From NCBI GenBank assembly GCA_002633005.1, contig NMRA01000189.1:577367-630986 (forward strand): a stretch of DNA of 53,620 nucleotides, read 5' to 3'. This DNA comes from Phoronis australis. Lineage: Eukaryota; Animalia; Phoronida. The position numbers and the translations under genes are program-made. Below the pieces are notes generated by a model. The model ran no database searches. It was not told where the DNA came from and saw only the letters and a program-made list of their open reading frames with translations. Of this stretch, positions 12,901-24,900 are shown piece by piece. Position 1 is the first letter of the stretch. Each line of letters opens with the position of its first letter.

Positions 12901-15900
12901 TGGTTGCAGAGAGTAAATATCATCGTCGGTGCATCAACGGGTATTAACTTTCTCCACACTGTCTGTGAACGCCCTCTCATTCATGGAGATATTAAAAGGT
13001 AAGCTAACCCATGGTTGCGTTACCTAAAGAAACGGGACATTATGTCAATTCGAATGATTATATAGCGTTTAAGTTTTAATGGTTTCGTTTGATTTAAAAG
13101 GATACCAAATCTTGTTTTTAGCCTATTGATAGAAATTAATCAGGACTAGATATTTTACATAAAATCTAACCCTTGTCAATCCTTCAGCAAGTTTAGAAAC
13201 TCGTTGAAAATCTAGTCAACCAGGACTGCAAGCCCAAGTTAGTCGATGTTTGTTGAGGAACACAGTCGCCTGACTCGACAGAGTGCCTTTTCTACCACAG
13301 TGAAGACATACTCTAGCTGCATGGACATTGCCTTTCTCTCTCAGGGATTTCGAATCTTGCTTTTTATGTGCCCACTTATTTATAATGCGGTTGCATATTA
13401 ACATCATCTCTGTCTGGGCGTCCGGTGTATGCTGCTGTATCTCCTAAACCCCTTGCAGTGTCCAATTTTAGACAGTTCTAACTACCTCTATGCCCCCTAG
13501 TGGCAGTATTTAGTATTTTGCATTTGTCTCTGTATCTTCATAGTTCCTTGATGGATTTTCATGAAATTTATCACATATGTTTTTTATCAAAGAGAAAACA
13601 ATGCCTTCCTGTTTTTGGACAGATTTAATGTATTCTGGTGTCCATTCTAAATTTTTTTGGACAGCTTTGACCACTGTTAGTGGCAATTGTAGTTTTTATG
13701 TGTGCCTTTGTATCGTCAGGAACTTCAAATTACCCCCGGTAATTATTTTAAACCTTTTTATGTCATCTGGATTCTGATATAACTATAAAATATAAACCAC
13801 TACAGGGCTCAACATTAACTTTTTAAGCCACTTGCCCTTCGGGCAAGTAGTTGAAATTTTTACTTGCCCGAACAACAAATTCACTTGCCCCAAGTACAAT
13901 CCCAAACAGCACCGTGCATGTGCACTCCTAGGTAATGTGTTACCGTAGGGCTGCCTGCGCTGAGCCTCCTCTTGTGTCGTGCATAGACTCTATTCACGCG
14001 GCGGACATTAAAATCCAAAGCGAGGCTCACTGTGATAAACAAAGCGGAAATTTACATTTCGTGAGTTAAATGGCCGGTCTTTGGAGTCCAATCTGAATAT
14101 TAAATCTTAAAAAATATGTCAATAACTAACCACAGAGACGTAAAAAAATACAGTTAAAGAACAAGTCAATGCACCAAAGAGTTGTCTGACGAATGGATAT
14201 AGGTTTCTTCCGGAAAACTAGGTTCGAAACATGAAAAGTAAACATGACCAAATTGCGGCGATCGTAGTGTTACGGATTAGGTATGCTGAATGCAGGGTTA
14301 CGTTTCTTTTAATAAATTCTTGATAAAAATGCTTTCTACTCGAACCAGGTCATCTGGTCGTATTGTTGAAGAGTTGAAGATATATTCGACAGTGGTGGCT
14401 CATAGCATTTTGCTGTCATGTGCAATTAGTCTCATCTGGTTTAATTTGTTGATCAAGAGTAGGCCTATTAGCTTCAAGCATAGCCTAGATCCTGGTGAGG
14501 TAGGCACTACCGGGACTAACAGTTGATTTGTCATTGATCTGAAATAATATTTGATGTTATTAAATATATAATTATTTTGATTACGATAAAAAACTAGGCT
14601 CGCAATTGAAAATAAAAATTATATGACCATCAATTCTGCTTTCTTGGTTTTAATAATTACTTCTATTTCATGTGTTATATTTTTCAAATATCAATCTCGA
14701 CCAAGTTGAATTTTAAAATTAAAACACCTAACTCTTTCGTCCAAAGCATAACCTCGTTTTAGAGCTCAATTTCAGTTAACTGGACAGAATATAGTGGCGG
14801 ATTTAGAGGGGAGCCAAGGGGCTATGCCCCAGCCCCCCCNNNNNNNNNNNNNNNNNNNNNNNNNNNNNNNNNNNNNNNNNNNNNNNNNNNNNNNNNNNNN
14901 NNNNACATTATGTCAGCTACAGGCTCACAGCTTGAGAAACGCAGAACCCACATTTCAACTAATTCAACTATTCCCACTAATCGCTATGCCACCTGCAGGC
15001 AGACAGATAAAGCACATGGCGCTGACAAAAGGCTCACCAGACACAGAACACGCATTACAACTAATTCAACTATTCCCACTAATCGTTGCGCCACCTACAG
15101 GAACAGACTGATAACAATCATGACATCAGCAAAAGGCTCTCAACTTGACAGACACAGAACTTGCATTTCAACTAATTCAACTATTCCCACTAATTGTTGC
15201 GCCACCTGCAGGCAAGTCAGTGACTCGGGTCTTTCTGTCTCACATTGTCAGTGATACTTTAGATGGCGCTACAATTGGTTGAATTAGTTGAACAGCTCAG
15301 TGCTGAATAGGTTGAGCTGACTTGGGATTAGTTGGATTCAACTAATTCAACGATTCCTACTAATCAGTGCGTCACCTGTGGACAGGGGGCTAACTTACAT
15401 GATGTCATCCACAAGCTCAATGTTAGAGACACCAATCACGCATTTCAACTAATTCAACTATTCCCACTAATCGCTGCGCTACCTGCAGGGGCAGTTTGAT
15501 AACAAACATGATGTCAGCAATAGGCTTGCATGAGTGGTGATGACAGGATAAGTTGAGATAAGTTGGGATTAGTTGGGTACAACTAAACATTCTGACATGT
15601 ATGTTTGATAAATGACATTTGTCGATTGTTTTGCATTAAGAAATGACCATTGTATGACGTCTAAAGATTATATCTTTCCCAAATTGTAATTCATTGCTTC
15701 TTTGTCCATTTCAAGTATCTTCTGGAAGTATTTTTCAAGATAACTGTTTTGGGTAAAAAAATGGTACCTGACTGACCGATTGAGTGATTGACATCCGATG
15801 GAGAGCCGGAACAAAACTTAGTAATAAAACAATTATTGACTTAGTCAATAATTGTTTTATTACTAAGTTTTGTTCCGGCTGTCCATTCACTTTAATTCAA

Positions 15901-18900
15901 AGTCGATCATTATGTTGGTTTTCAGGCCCCAAAATGAGGCAACAACCTCGACTGTGTAATTATCGCATTTTGAAGTGTGAAAACCAACATATTGAACTTT
16001 GTTTGTGAAAGTCAATAATAATATGGTAATAATCATTATGCTAATTGCTATAGGAGAATTTATGTATCAAAATTAATATAAAAATAACAATAATAATTTA
16101 TTAAAAGATCATTCTAAGGACAAGCGCAGACCAAATTTGATGATCATTGTATTCTCTTCTAAGTGCTAACGTGCTGTTGGACAAACACTTCGAAGCCAAA
16201 ATTGCTGACTTTGGTCTTGCGGTCACGGCCAACAAAAGAAACGACATGGGCAAGTACACTCACATCACAAAAGAAGACAGAAAAGTGGTGTTGGCCACGC
16301 TAGCTTATCTACCACCTGACTTTGTACAGAGCAGGAAGTTCTCAATTCGATCAGATGTTTACAGCTTCGGTGTGGTAAGACTGCCATTACTGCTACATTT
16401 GTAAGAAGACTATGCATCTTTAAACCAGCCCCAGCTTTTGTTTGAAATGCATTTTTACTGAAACAGTATCTCTGATGTGGAAAAATCAATTTTGTTGTCA
16501 GTTGGTGATGGAGTATTTTATGGACAAGCATTAAGCACCACCCACAGTTCTTGTGAGCCTAGGGTGGATATCAAGTACTGTCGCAGGATTGCACAATGGT
16601 TTGACATTGCCTGTCATCACGATCGTTTGAAATTACCAAAGACTGTTGTGTCTTGGGATATTCAATTATTAATTAAAAGAAAAAAAATGAATTTTGTGAT
16701 TTGAGAGAAATTGCCTTCCATTTTTGTCAAGTTAACGTATTTTGCATGCCATTATTTGAAATGGTAAGCGAAAGTCACTTCTGTGCTCTCAAACTGCTAA
16801 AGAGCATTGTGTCCGATCTTGGCTATTGCACCACTTACTTACTGTTGCAAAGACTACAAGTAATATGTATAACTTTTATCACTTTCCATTGATTTGCTGT
16901 ACTGTGTGCTTAACGTTATATAGGACCTTATAAAAATGGCCTAATTGGCTTACGTCAGATCGGATTCATACAAAACTTTCATATACTATGCTTTCTGTAC
17001 TGTTCTCAGGAACTGTGTTGGGAATTCGTTTTAGAATATTCCACCTTTGAACGAGTGACAGTCAAAACTAGGACTTCTATGGTTTCCACGAAAATTTTTT
17101 TAAGTTGTATAAAACCTGGCCCGTAAAATGGGTACAAGGTGCAGAAACATTTCTCAAACGAATTACATTCGGACGGATCCAACTCCTATTGTGATGTTTT
17201 CCTCTCGTGTATCTTTGAAGTTCCTTGATGTATTTTTATGGAATTTAGCTAATATTATTAATGAGGCCATGACACCTTTTCTGTTTCAAATGGATTCGAT
17301 GTAGTGTTCTACTCCTGGTGGTACCTATTATTCCGGAAAGTGCAGTAAAAATTCTCCAGTTTGGGACAATTTCCAAAATTTGGGACATCGGAAATTAAAT
17401 TTTCTTGAATCCCGCTTGGACGATCTTTGCATGTATCATATTTTGTGCATCAGTGCGTGTTTTGAATAACAGGGTCTGAAAATAAATTTTTCAAGTTCGT
17501 AAAAAGTAACGCTGGTCATTTACTCATTTGTAAAAACTACTCCCAGTGCTCTTGAATTTGGAATGCGAATATTGCGAAATTTTCAAACTTAGTACAAGCC
17601 ATGAGTAAAATATTTAGTTTTCCACTGTACCAAAGTGGAGAATTTTTACTGCGTAAATTATGATTTCGCAGGTTTTCCTTGGCTTGGACTTTGACAATGA
17701 GTCATTGTAACTTTTTCTATCAGCGCCACTTGTTTTTTGGTATTCTAACATATGGTCACTTTTTAGGTTCTGTTTGAAGTTGGCTCTGGTCAGAAAGCAT
17801 TTGATGAGAAAAGAGAACCAATGGACCACCAGAAGCTGGTAAGAATTCAAAAATTTAATAAATTAAAAAAAAAACTTTAAGGTGGTGATAATAATAGGTT
17901 GCAACCATAGACATAGAGACATAGATTGGTTGTCACGTGATTATAAGCAGGGTAGCCATTTTGTTGTGTGGAAGTGAGTTTTATGGACCATGCAAGCTGG
18001 TGGGCTAAAAGGCTCTTAACTTTGAAAACATCAGGTCCATTTTGATGAAATAGGTACCAAAATGCTTGTATTTTGGCACTTTTTCCCACTGATATCTCTT
18101 TTGGGATATTTCAATATTAAAATGAAAATCGTCTTAAAGTAGCCTCGTTGCTAATTATGCTCAGCATATTTTTGTTTTAATTATTCGTCCCTATTTGTCA
18201 GTATTTTGCATTTAGTATACCAAGGTCCCTTTGTCCGCCTACAGACGCACTAGTTTGTTTACAATCAGCTTCCAAACGACAACTTGGCACCACGTTCAAC
18301 TTTTATGTCTGCTTGGAGACTGAGGTTCAGAGATTGATGTTTGAGATTGTGTTGCTTGCTTGAAAAAGCAAAACGTTTATGCGCCTTCCTGACTATTTTT
18401 GACACTCATGTCCATAAAAATTGTTCCATTAAAAGTTGAATGACAAAAATTGTTGGTGGCTGTATCTCCTAAAACCCTTGCAGAATCTTCTGTTAAATTT
18501 GACATGTTTATTTTACAAAATAATTTTTGACGAAAACTGCGGTACAGATTTGAATACCTGTGGTTTCTTTCGGCAATTTTATTTTTTCTTACAATTTCCT
18601 AGTATGTAGCTTCACAATTGCTGACAGATTTTCATGAAATAGATGGTAACATTTTTCCATTTTTGGATAAATTTGACTTATTATACTCCAGTTAGTAGTC
18701 CCTGTTGTTATGTTTGGCATTCACTTCTCTACGGGTCAAACCAATCTAAGGATCATTATGAAAATTGGCAATGAGTGTTCATACTTGGAAGATTATTGTC
18801 GACAATTATTTTCAGATGGTTTCTGGTATCGACCAAACCACTCATTACAAAAATTGTCTACTGGGAGGAACAGTGTAATTCTGTTTGTTCTTCTTGTGGC

Positions 18901-21900
18901 GTAATGCGTACGAAGTTGGTTGGTCGATGTTCATCAAGTTTGTAATGTGTGTTTAGAGTGAGGAGAGTACAATTGATTTTTGGATCTTGCAACAATTCTG
19001 ACTACAGTGGAGGCACCTAGTGGCAATTTTGGGTTTCTTTGTATTTGCCTTGTTATCTTCCAAAGTTCCTTCTTGATTTACTATCACGTTAGATAGGGCT
19101 TGGAATTTTCCTCTTTTAAGAGGATTTCCTCTTTTTTGATATCGATTTCCTCTTCTTTCATTTCCTGTTTCCTTTTTTTATGTCTATTTTTTATCATGAT
19201 TTTGATTTTATGCATGCAAAAACATTTATTTCAGTTAAATTTTACAACACAAAAAATATTTATTTCACACAATCCTAATTATTTGTAGAACAATACATCA
19301 CCTGGAAAAATTTCCTCTGTTTTGTCATTGGTCATTCCAAGCCCTGGTTAGACATCACCTGCAGGATTTGATATATAATGCACCCCTAGTGGCCCTTCAG
19401 TACTTGATTTGGTGACCCACAGGTTACCACTGTGACCTTAGATTGTGTTTAGCGACCTGGGATTTTCGCCAAGTCAAACTTGACTTGGTGTTAAGCACTG
19501 CCTTATTTTTGTGTATCTGTTCTTATCCTTCTTATCCTCAAAACTGGTTGATGAATGATAATGAAATGTGGCAGATGTTTTCCTGTTGAGGAGACCATTG
19601 AAATTAAAGTGCTTATAACCACCATCTACCTTTTTTTAACAAATGACGGCATGGTCAACACCAATAAACCTTTAGTTTCTTTATAGCGCTGCATATTACA
19701 GCAATGAATTCAATACCCTAAAAACGAGAAAACTGAAGAAACACAACTCTAATTTAAAGTTCGTAGCTCCACGGATATGAGTGAACATAGCCAGTGCTAC
19801 TGTCTCACATCCACTAGCATGCAAGTTTCACATAAAGCATTTACCATATCCGTGCTTCTCTGATGTCCTGCGGGAAAGTGAAAAGAGCCACCACGTGCTC
19901 TATACTGAGATGTCTCAACCACCACATATGCAATGCCTCACTATTCTTTATTACCATATGCCGTAAACCACGGGAAAACGAGCAGCATTATCCGACAACT
20001 TTTCAAACTAAGCACAGTGGAGGACGACTAAGCTGTGATTGGTTGAGTCCCGATCCTGCATACTATGTATTCGACCGATAAACTCATGATCAGCTAATTA
20101 ACATATCGTCAGATAGTGTTAGCACGTTTTCTAATTTAACAGCTGGTCGACTGGTGGTGTTGTGTTTTTTATGCGCCCACATATTTATATGTGGTTGCAT
20201 ATTGCCGTCATCTCTGTCCGTCCGGGTGTCCAGCGTCTGCAGCTGTATCTCCTAAGCCTCTCACAGGATCTTGATGAAATTTGTCAGATGTGTTCCTTTG
20301 AAGCTGACAACGGATGACGACGAATTTCAGACCTTTCCAACTACCGGTGTGCCCCCTAGTGGCAATTTTATTTTTTACGCTTACCTCTGTATCTTCGAAT
20401 GTCCTCAACAGATTTTCATAAAATTTGACATCTATTAGTGAGGTGATGCCATCCTCCCGTTTCGGATGGATTCAAGGTACTTTGCGCCACCTAGTGGCCA
20501 TTTTTCTGTTTTCGAGTCTGTTTTTTGGCGTCCGCCGTTCTATCAACCAAACCGTTCTAGGAATGATTTTGAAAATTAGCATTTTATATGTTCTTACTGT
20601 AAATAGGGTGATGATTTTCCGACTTCGACGACTGTAGCGCCTGCTAGTGGCATTTTTGTTTGTTTTTGCGCCCATGGCTGTATCTCCTAAACCTTTCAAG
20701 GATCTTAGTGAGATATGATAGATGTGTTCCCATGAAGGTGACAACAGATGACAACAAATTTCAGACCTCTCCGACTACTGGTATGCCCCCTAGTGGCAAT
20801 TTTAATTTTTTTACGCTTACCTTTGAAGATATGGAGGTCCTCACAGATTTTCATAAAATTTGGCAGTTAGACATCTATTAGTGAGATGATGCCATCCTCC
20901 CATTTTCGGATGGATTCGGGGTTCTTTGCGCCACCTAGTGGCCATTTTTAATGTTTTCAAGTTCGTTTTTTGGCATCCGCCGTTCTATCAACTAAACCGT
21001 TCTAGGTATGATTTTGAAAGTGGGCATTATGTTCTTACTGTGAAGAGGGCAGCTGATGATGACTTTCCGATGATATGGAATAATGGCGCCTCCTAGTGGC
21101 AGTTTTGTTTGTTTTTGCGCCCATGGCTGTATCTCCTGAATGCTCTACAGGATTTTTATTGAATTTTGCTGGTGTATTTATATGAAGTTGAATAGAGAGG
21201 ATGACGACTTTTGGATGGGTCGGGCTACCGGTGTGCCCCCTAGTGGCAATTTTAGTTTTTTACGTTTACCATCTTAAAGGATCGTCAAGGATTTTCATGA
21301 AATTTGGCATATAGGCATCTATTAGTGAGGTGACGCTATCATCCGGTTTTCAGTAAAATTCAAAGCATTTTGCACCACCTTGTGGCCATTTTTACTGTTT
21401 TCGAGTCTTGTTATTTGACGTCTGCCTTTCTGTCAACCCAACCACTCTAAGGATAGTTGTGGAAATTGGTATTTATGTTCCTAATCGGAAGAGGAAGTCT
21501 GACGATGATTTTCCAACGACTTTATCTACTTTGGTGCCTCTTTGTGGCAGTTATGTTTTTTTTGCGCTGATAGCCTCTTAGTGGCATTTTCATTTTTTCA
21601 TTTTCCTGTTTTCTCAGAAGTTCCTTGACAGATTTTTATGAAATTTGGTGAATAGCTTTGATGACACATGCAAGTTCTCAGATGGATTCGACATATTTGT
21701 GCCATCTGGTTGCAAATTTTTATGTTCCAAATAAACACCCCTAGAAGCACTACGTTAGCGGTGCATTCGTGGGCGCATTTTAACGCTCTGCGTTGCTCTT
21801 GTTTTGTGTTTTCGATATAAAATTTTTGTTTTGATTTTAAGCACTTTACATCGTCTAGCAGTATTCCCTTCAGTAGGAATGTTTTAAATAATGACTATCC

Positions 21901-24900
21901 CTTGTACCTGTGCTGTATGCGATGTATACTGTGAAACCAATAAATCTTGTTTTTCAGCGGCTGTAATGCTGGGACAGACTGATGATTAATACTGAGTGTT
22001 TTGGATTTCTTTGAAAATGATTCCCTCGAAGACAGGAAAACATGTTTAGATCTTGTTCATCCTTTAGGCTGATGAGTGAGTGACACATTAAGCTAAGAAA
22101 AAAAATTATTAATTTTGACTGATGATGCATTTTTTAAGAAAATGGGATAGTATTATTTCGTGGTTAGCGATCAAGGTGCCAAGTGATGTTTGTTTAAATA
22201 TTTTATATTCCCATTTCAAATTTTGTTGCTGTAGAAAGGTTATATATGCGTGGGTTTAAACTTCATTTTCAGGTGGAGTTCGCAAGTGATGCCTTAACTA
22301 GCGACGATTGCCTCCGCCAGAAACTGTATGACCCTCACCTCATTGGTTGTTCAAGGCATTTGGTTGACATCTTGTTCAAGCTTGCGCTGACTTGTACAGA
22401 TGAGAGTCCAAGGCGTAGACCAGAGATGGGACAGGTGCGTGAAGGTTGATTGAATTTTGCATGTCACTCTAATGGCAAAGTATCAATGATAGCAAACAAT
22501 ATTTTAGAATTCAGTATTGAGTTAACTACAGAAGGGGATATTTCACGCACTGTAACCTTCGTCTATTTCATCTTTTCTGTTTCAGACTGAAAAAGAATGG
22601 AAAACTGTTTCTAAAACGCTCTCATTCTATTGAGTTTGCTCAGATTTTTTTGTCTAAAATTTTTGCTTTTCTTGAAATCAATAGTGCCTCGTCCACTCCA
22701 CTACTGAATGTCCAGGCTGGCGATTATACAATACTACTCAGAGGTTGTGAGCTAGATCACAGGTCTTGTTATCATGCTTTGCTTTCAGGTTGTGGACGAT
22801 CTGGATAGTCTGTTGAAACAATCTTATGGCCAAGGGTCCTATGGCAAGTATTGCCTTTGCAAGGTGTTATGCTGTGTTTAAGAAGTTGCATGTTGTCCCA
22901 TACGTCAGCCTAGTGGTTGCCTCTAACTGGTATAGGGTGGGGCACTGTCACAATTCAGAGCAAGATTCAATGCCTTGATAATGGGGGAAATGAGCATTCA
23001 TAACAGTACAGCATTTTTTTTGGTTTATGTAGTATTTGATTGTTTTTTACAAAAAACAGTGGGATTAACATAAGGGCTGTTCCAGTAAAATCTGTATGGG
23101 AGGGGGGGAAGGCACCTTTTTTTCGCACCCACCACCCATATTTTTCATTTATTTCTTCAGCCTACCACCCATAATTTTTTATAAGTTTGAAATGCAACCA
23201 CCTGTAATTTTTTTTGTTCTTGTGGTTGACTGCACCGTCGCTTGAGTTTATCTGTTCCTCCATCACCACTAACATCATTCATTACTAAGAAAACATATAT
23301 GTTTCTTATATATGGTTATTGGCCATCGAGAAATTCGAGCACCTGTGGTTAAATGGTGTTATGGGCATGCCGATGAGGAGATCGGAGGGAGTGAAAAAGT
23401 CGGAGCTTTTTGCAAGTTGCATTTTTGTTTCAGTTTTTGATTCTGTGTGGATTGTTTATAAAATTTACTAAAATTACCCACCATCAAACATTTAGGGCCC
23501 AATGAAGCAACAACGACCTGTAAATTTTTATTTTTGTGAAGTACGACTACCAGCCATTTTCAATTTAAATCAAACGCAACCACCCATAAATTTTTATTTC
23601 AGTTGCCTTCCCCCCCTCCCACACAGATTTTGCTGCAACAGCCCTAAATAAAAATTACCCAAGACTAGTTAGTAAACAGAACAGTCTGAGGTGACGGATT
23701 TCTAAGTTGCATGTCAAACGTTTTTATGAAACTGTTATTTTTCATTCTCACAACCATTTTTTAGAAACCAGGGGTGTCGGAAATAAAAAAATATAGAAGT
23801 AAGAATATTTAGAATCCTAGTCTAAACACATACCTGTGAATAACACGACAGTCTTGTGAATAATATACAATTTCAAACAGGTCAAACATGTCCGTACAAA
23901 CTGAGCTGTCACACTTATCCTAGTCTAAACACATACCTTTGAATAACATGACAGTGTTGTGAATAATACGCTACTTCAAACAGGTCAAACACGCACGTGC
24001 AAACTGAGCTGTTACACGTAATCTTGAGCTCATGCGCTTTACACCCCGTTATGGGCGAAACCCCATTAAATGTAATTTAAATGTGCTGAGGATTAAGAAG
24101 AAATTGTGATAGTTGGCTTGAGACCATGAGTCTTCCCAGGAGGATTATGTCAGAGTGCTTTGCAGTGTGAAACCAATATAGTGGAATCCAATCTGCTGTT
24201 ATGCTTTTTTTCTCTGTTAGACACTCAACTAGCAGATGTTACCAACATGCGTGCTTGTTCTTAAATTGAATCTGACTCCTGTTTCTTTTGGCGAGTCGCG
24301 TGAAGTTTGCCATGATGATTGAAAATGAAACCTCTTCCTGGACCCAAAATCTAGTTCGTGGTCTGGAATTCGAACTTCAGCTTGATTTTGATATTTTTGT
24401 TCTTGTTGTGCAAACTAATAATCTGTGTCATTGATTTTATATATTACGTTGATATGATTTATGAAGTACATCATGGTATATTGCTCCTGAAGACTGCAAT
24501 ATTAAAGGCAGAAATTTGAGTTAAGAGCTCGAAGTCTTGAATTTATACTATAGATTGAATCTTGAATCTAATCCGATGCCATCCAGGGTACATTTCACCC
24601 TCAAAAACATTACAAGTAGTATAATAATCGATATGTTTAATATGGTGCACCCTACTTTATTTCTTGTGCATTGTTAAGAACCTTGCATTTTTGTCTAAAT
24701 ATAGGTCCACAACACCAGCAACAGAATCTGTATCAGCAGCAACAACAGCAGCTGCACCACCATCTGCAGCAGCAGCAGCAACATGTGCAGCAACAGCAGC
24801 AACATGTGCAGCAACAGCAGCAACATGTGCAGCAACAGCAGCAACATGTGCAGCTGCAGCAGCAACCGCACTCAGTCACTTTGTACCAGAATCTTACAGC

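Noticed and set aside
12880-12998. Assignment as IRAK4/Tube
   Set aside because: The catalytic loop is HGD rather than HRD and there is a long C-terminal tail, both Pelle/IRAK1-class traits.
4447-21000. Many 60-100-aa ORFs in HINE copies as transposase fragments
   Set aside because: No Rep/helicase, DDE or reverse-transcriptase motifs; the similar peptides only reflect the repeated non-coding core.
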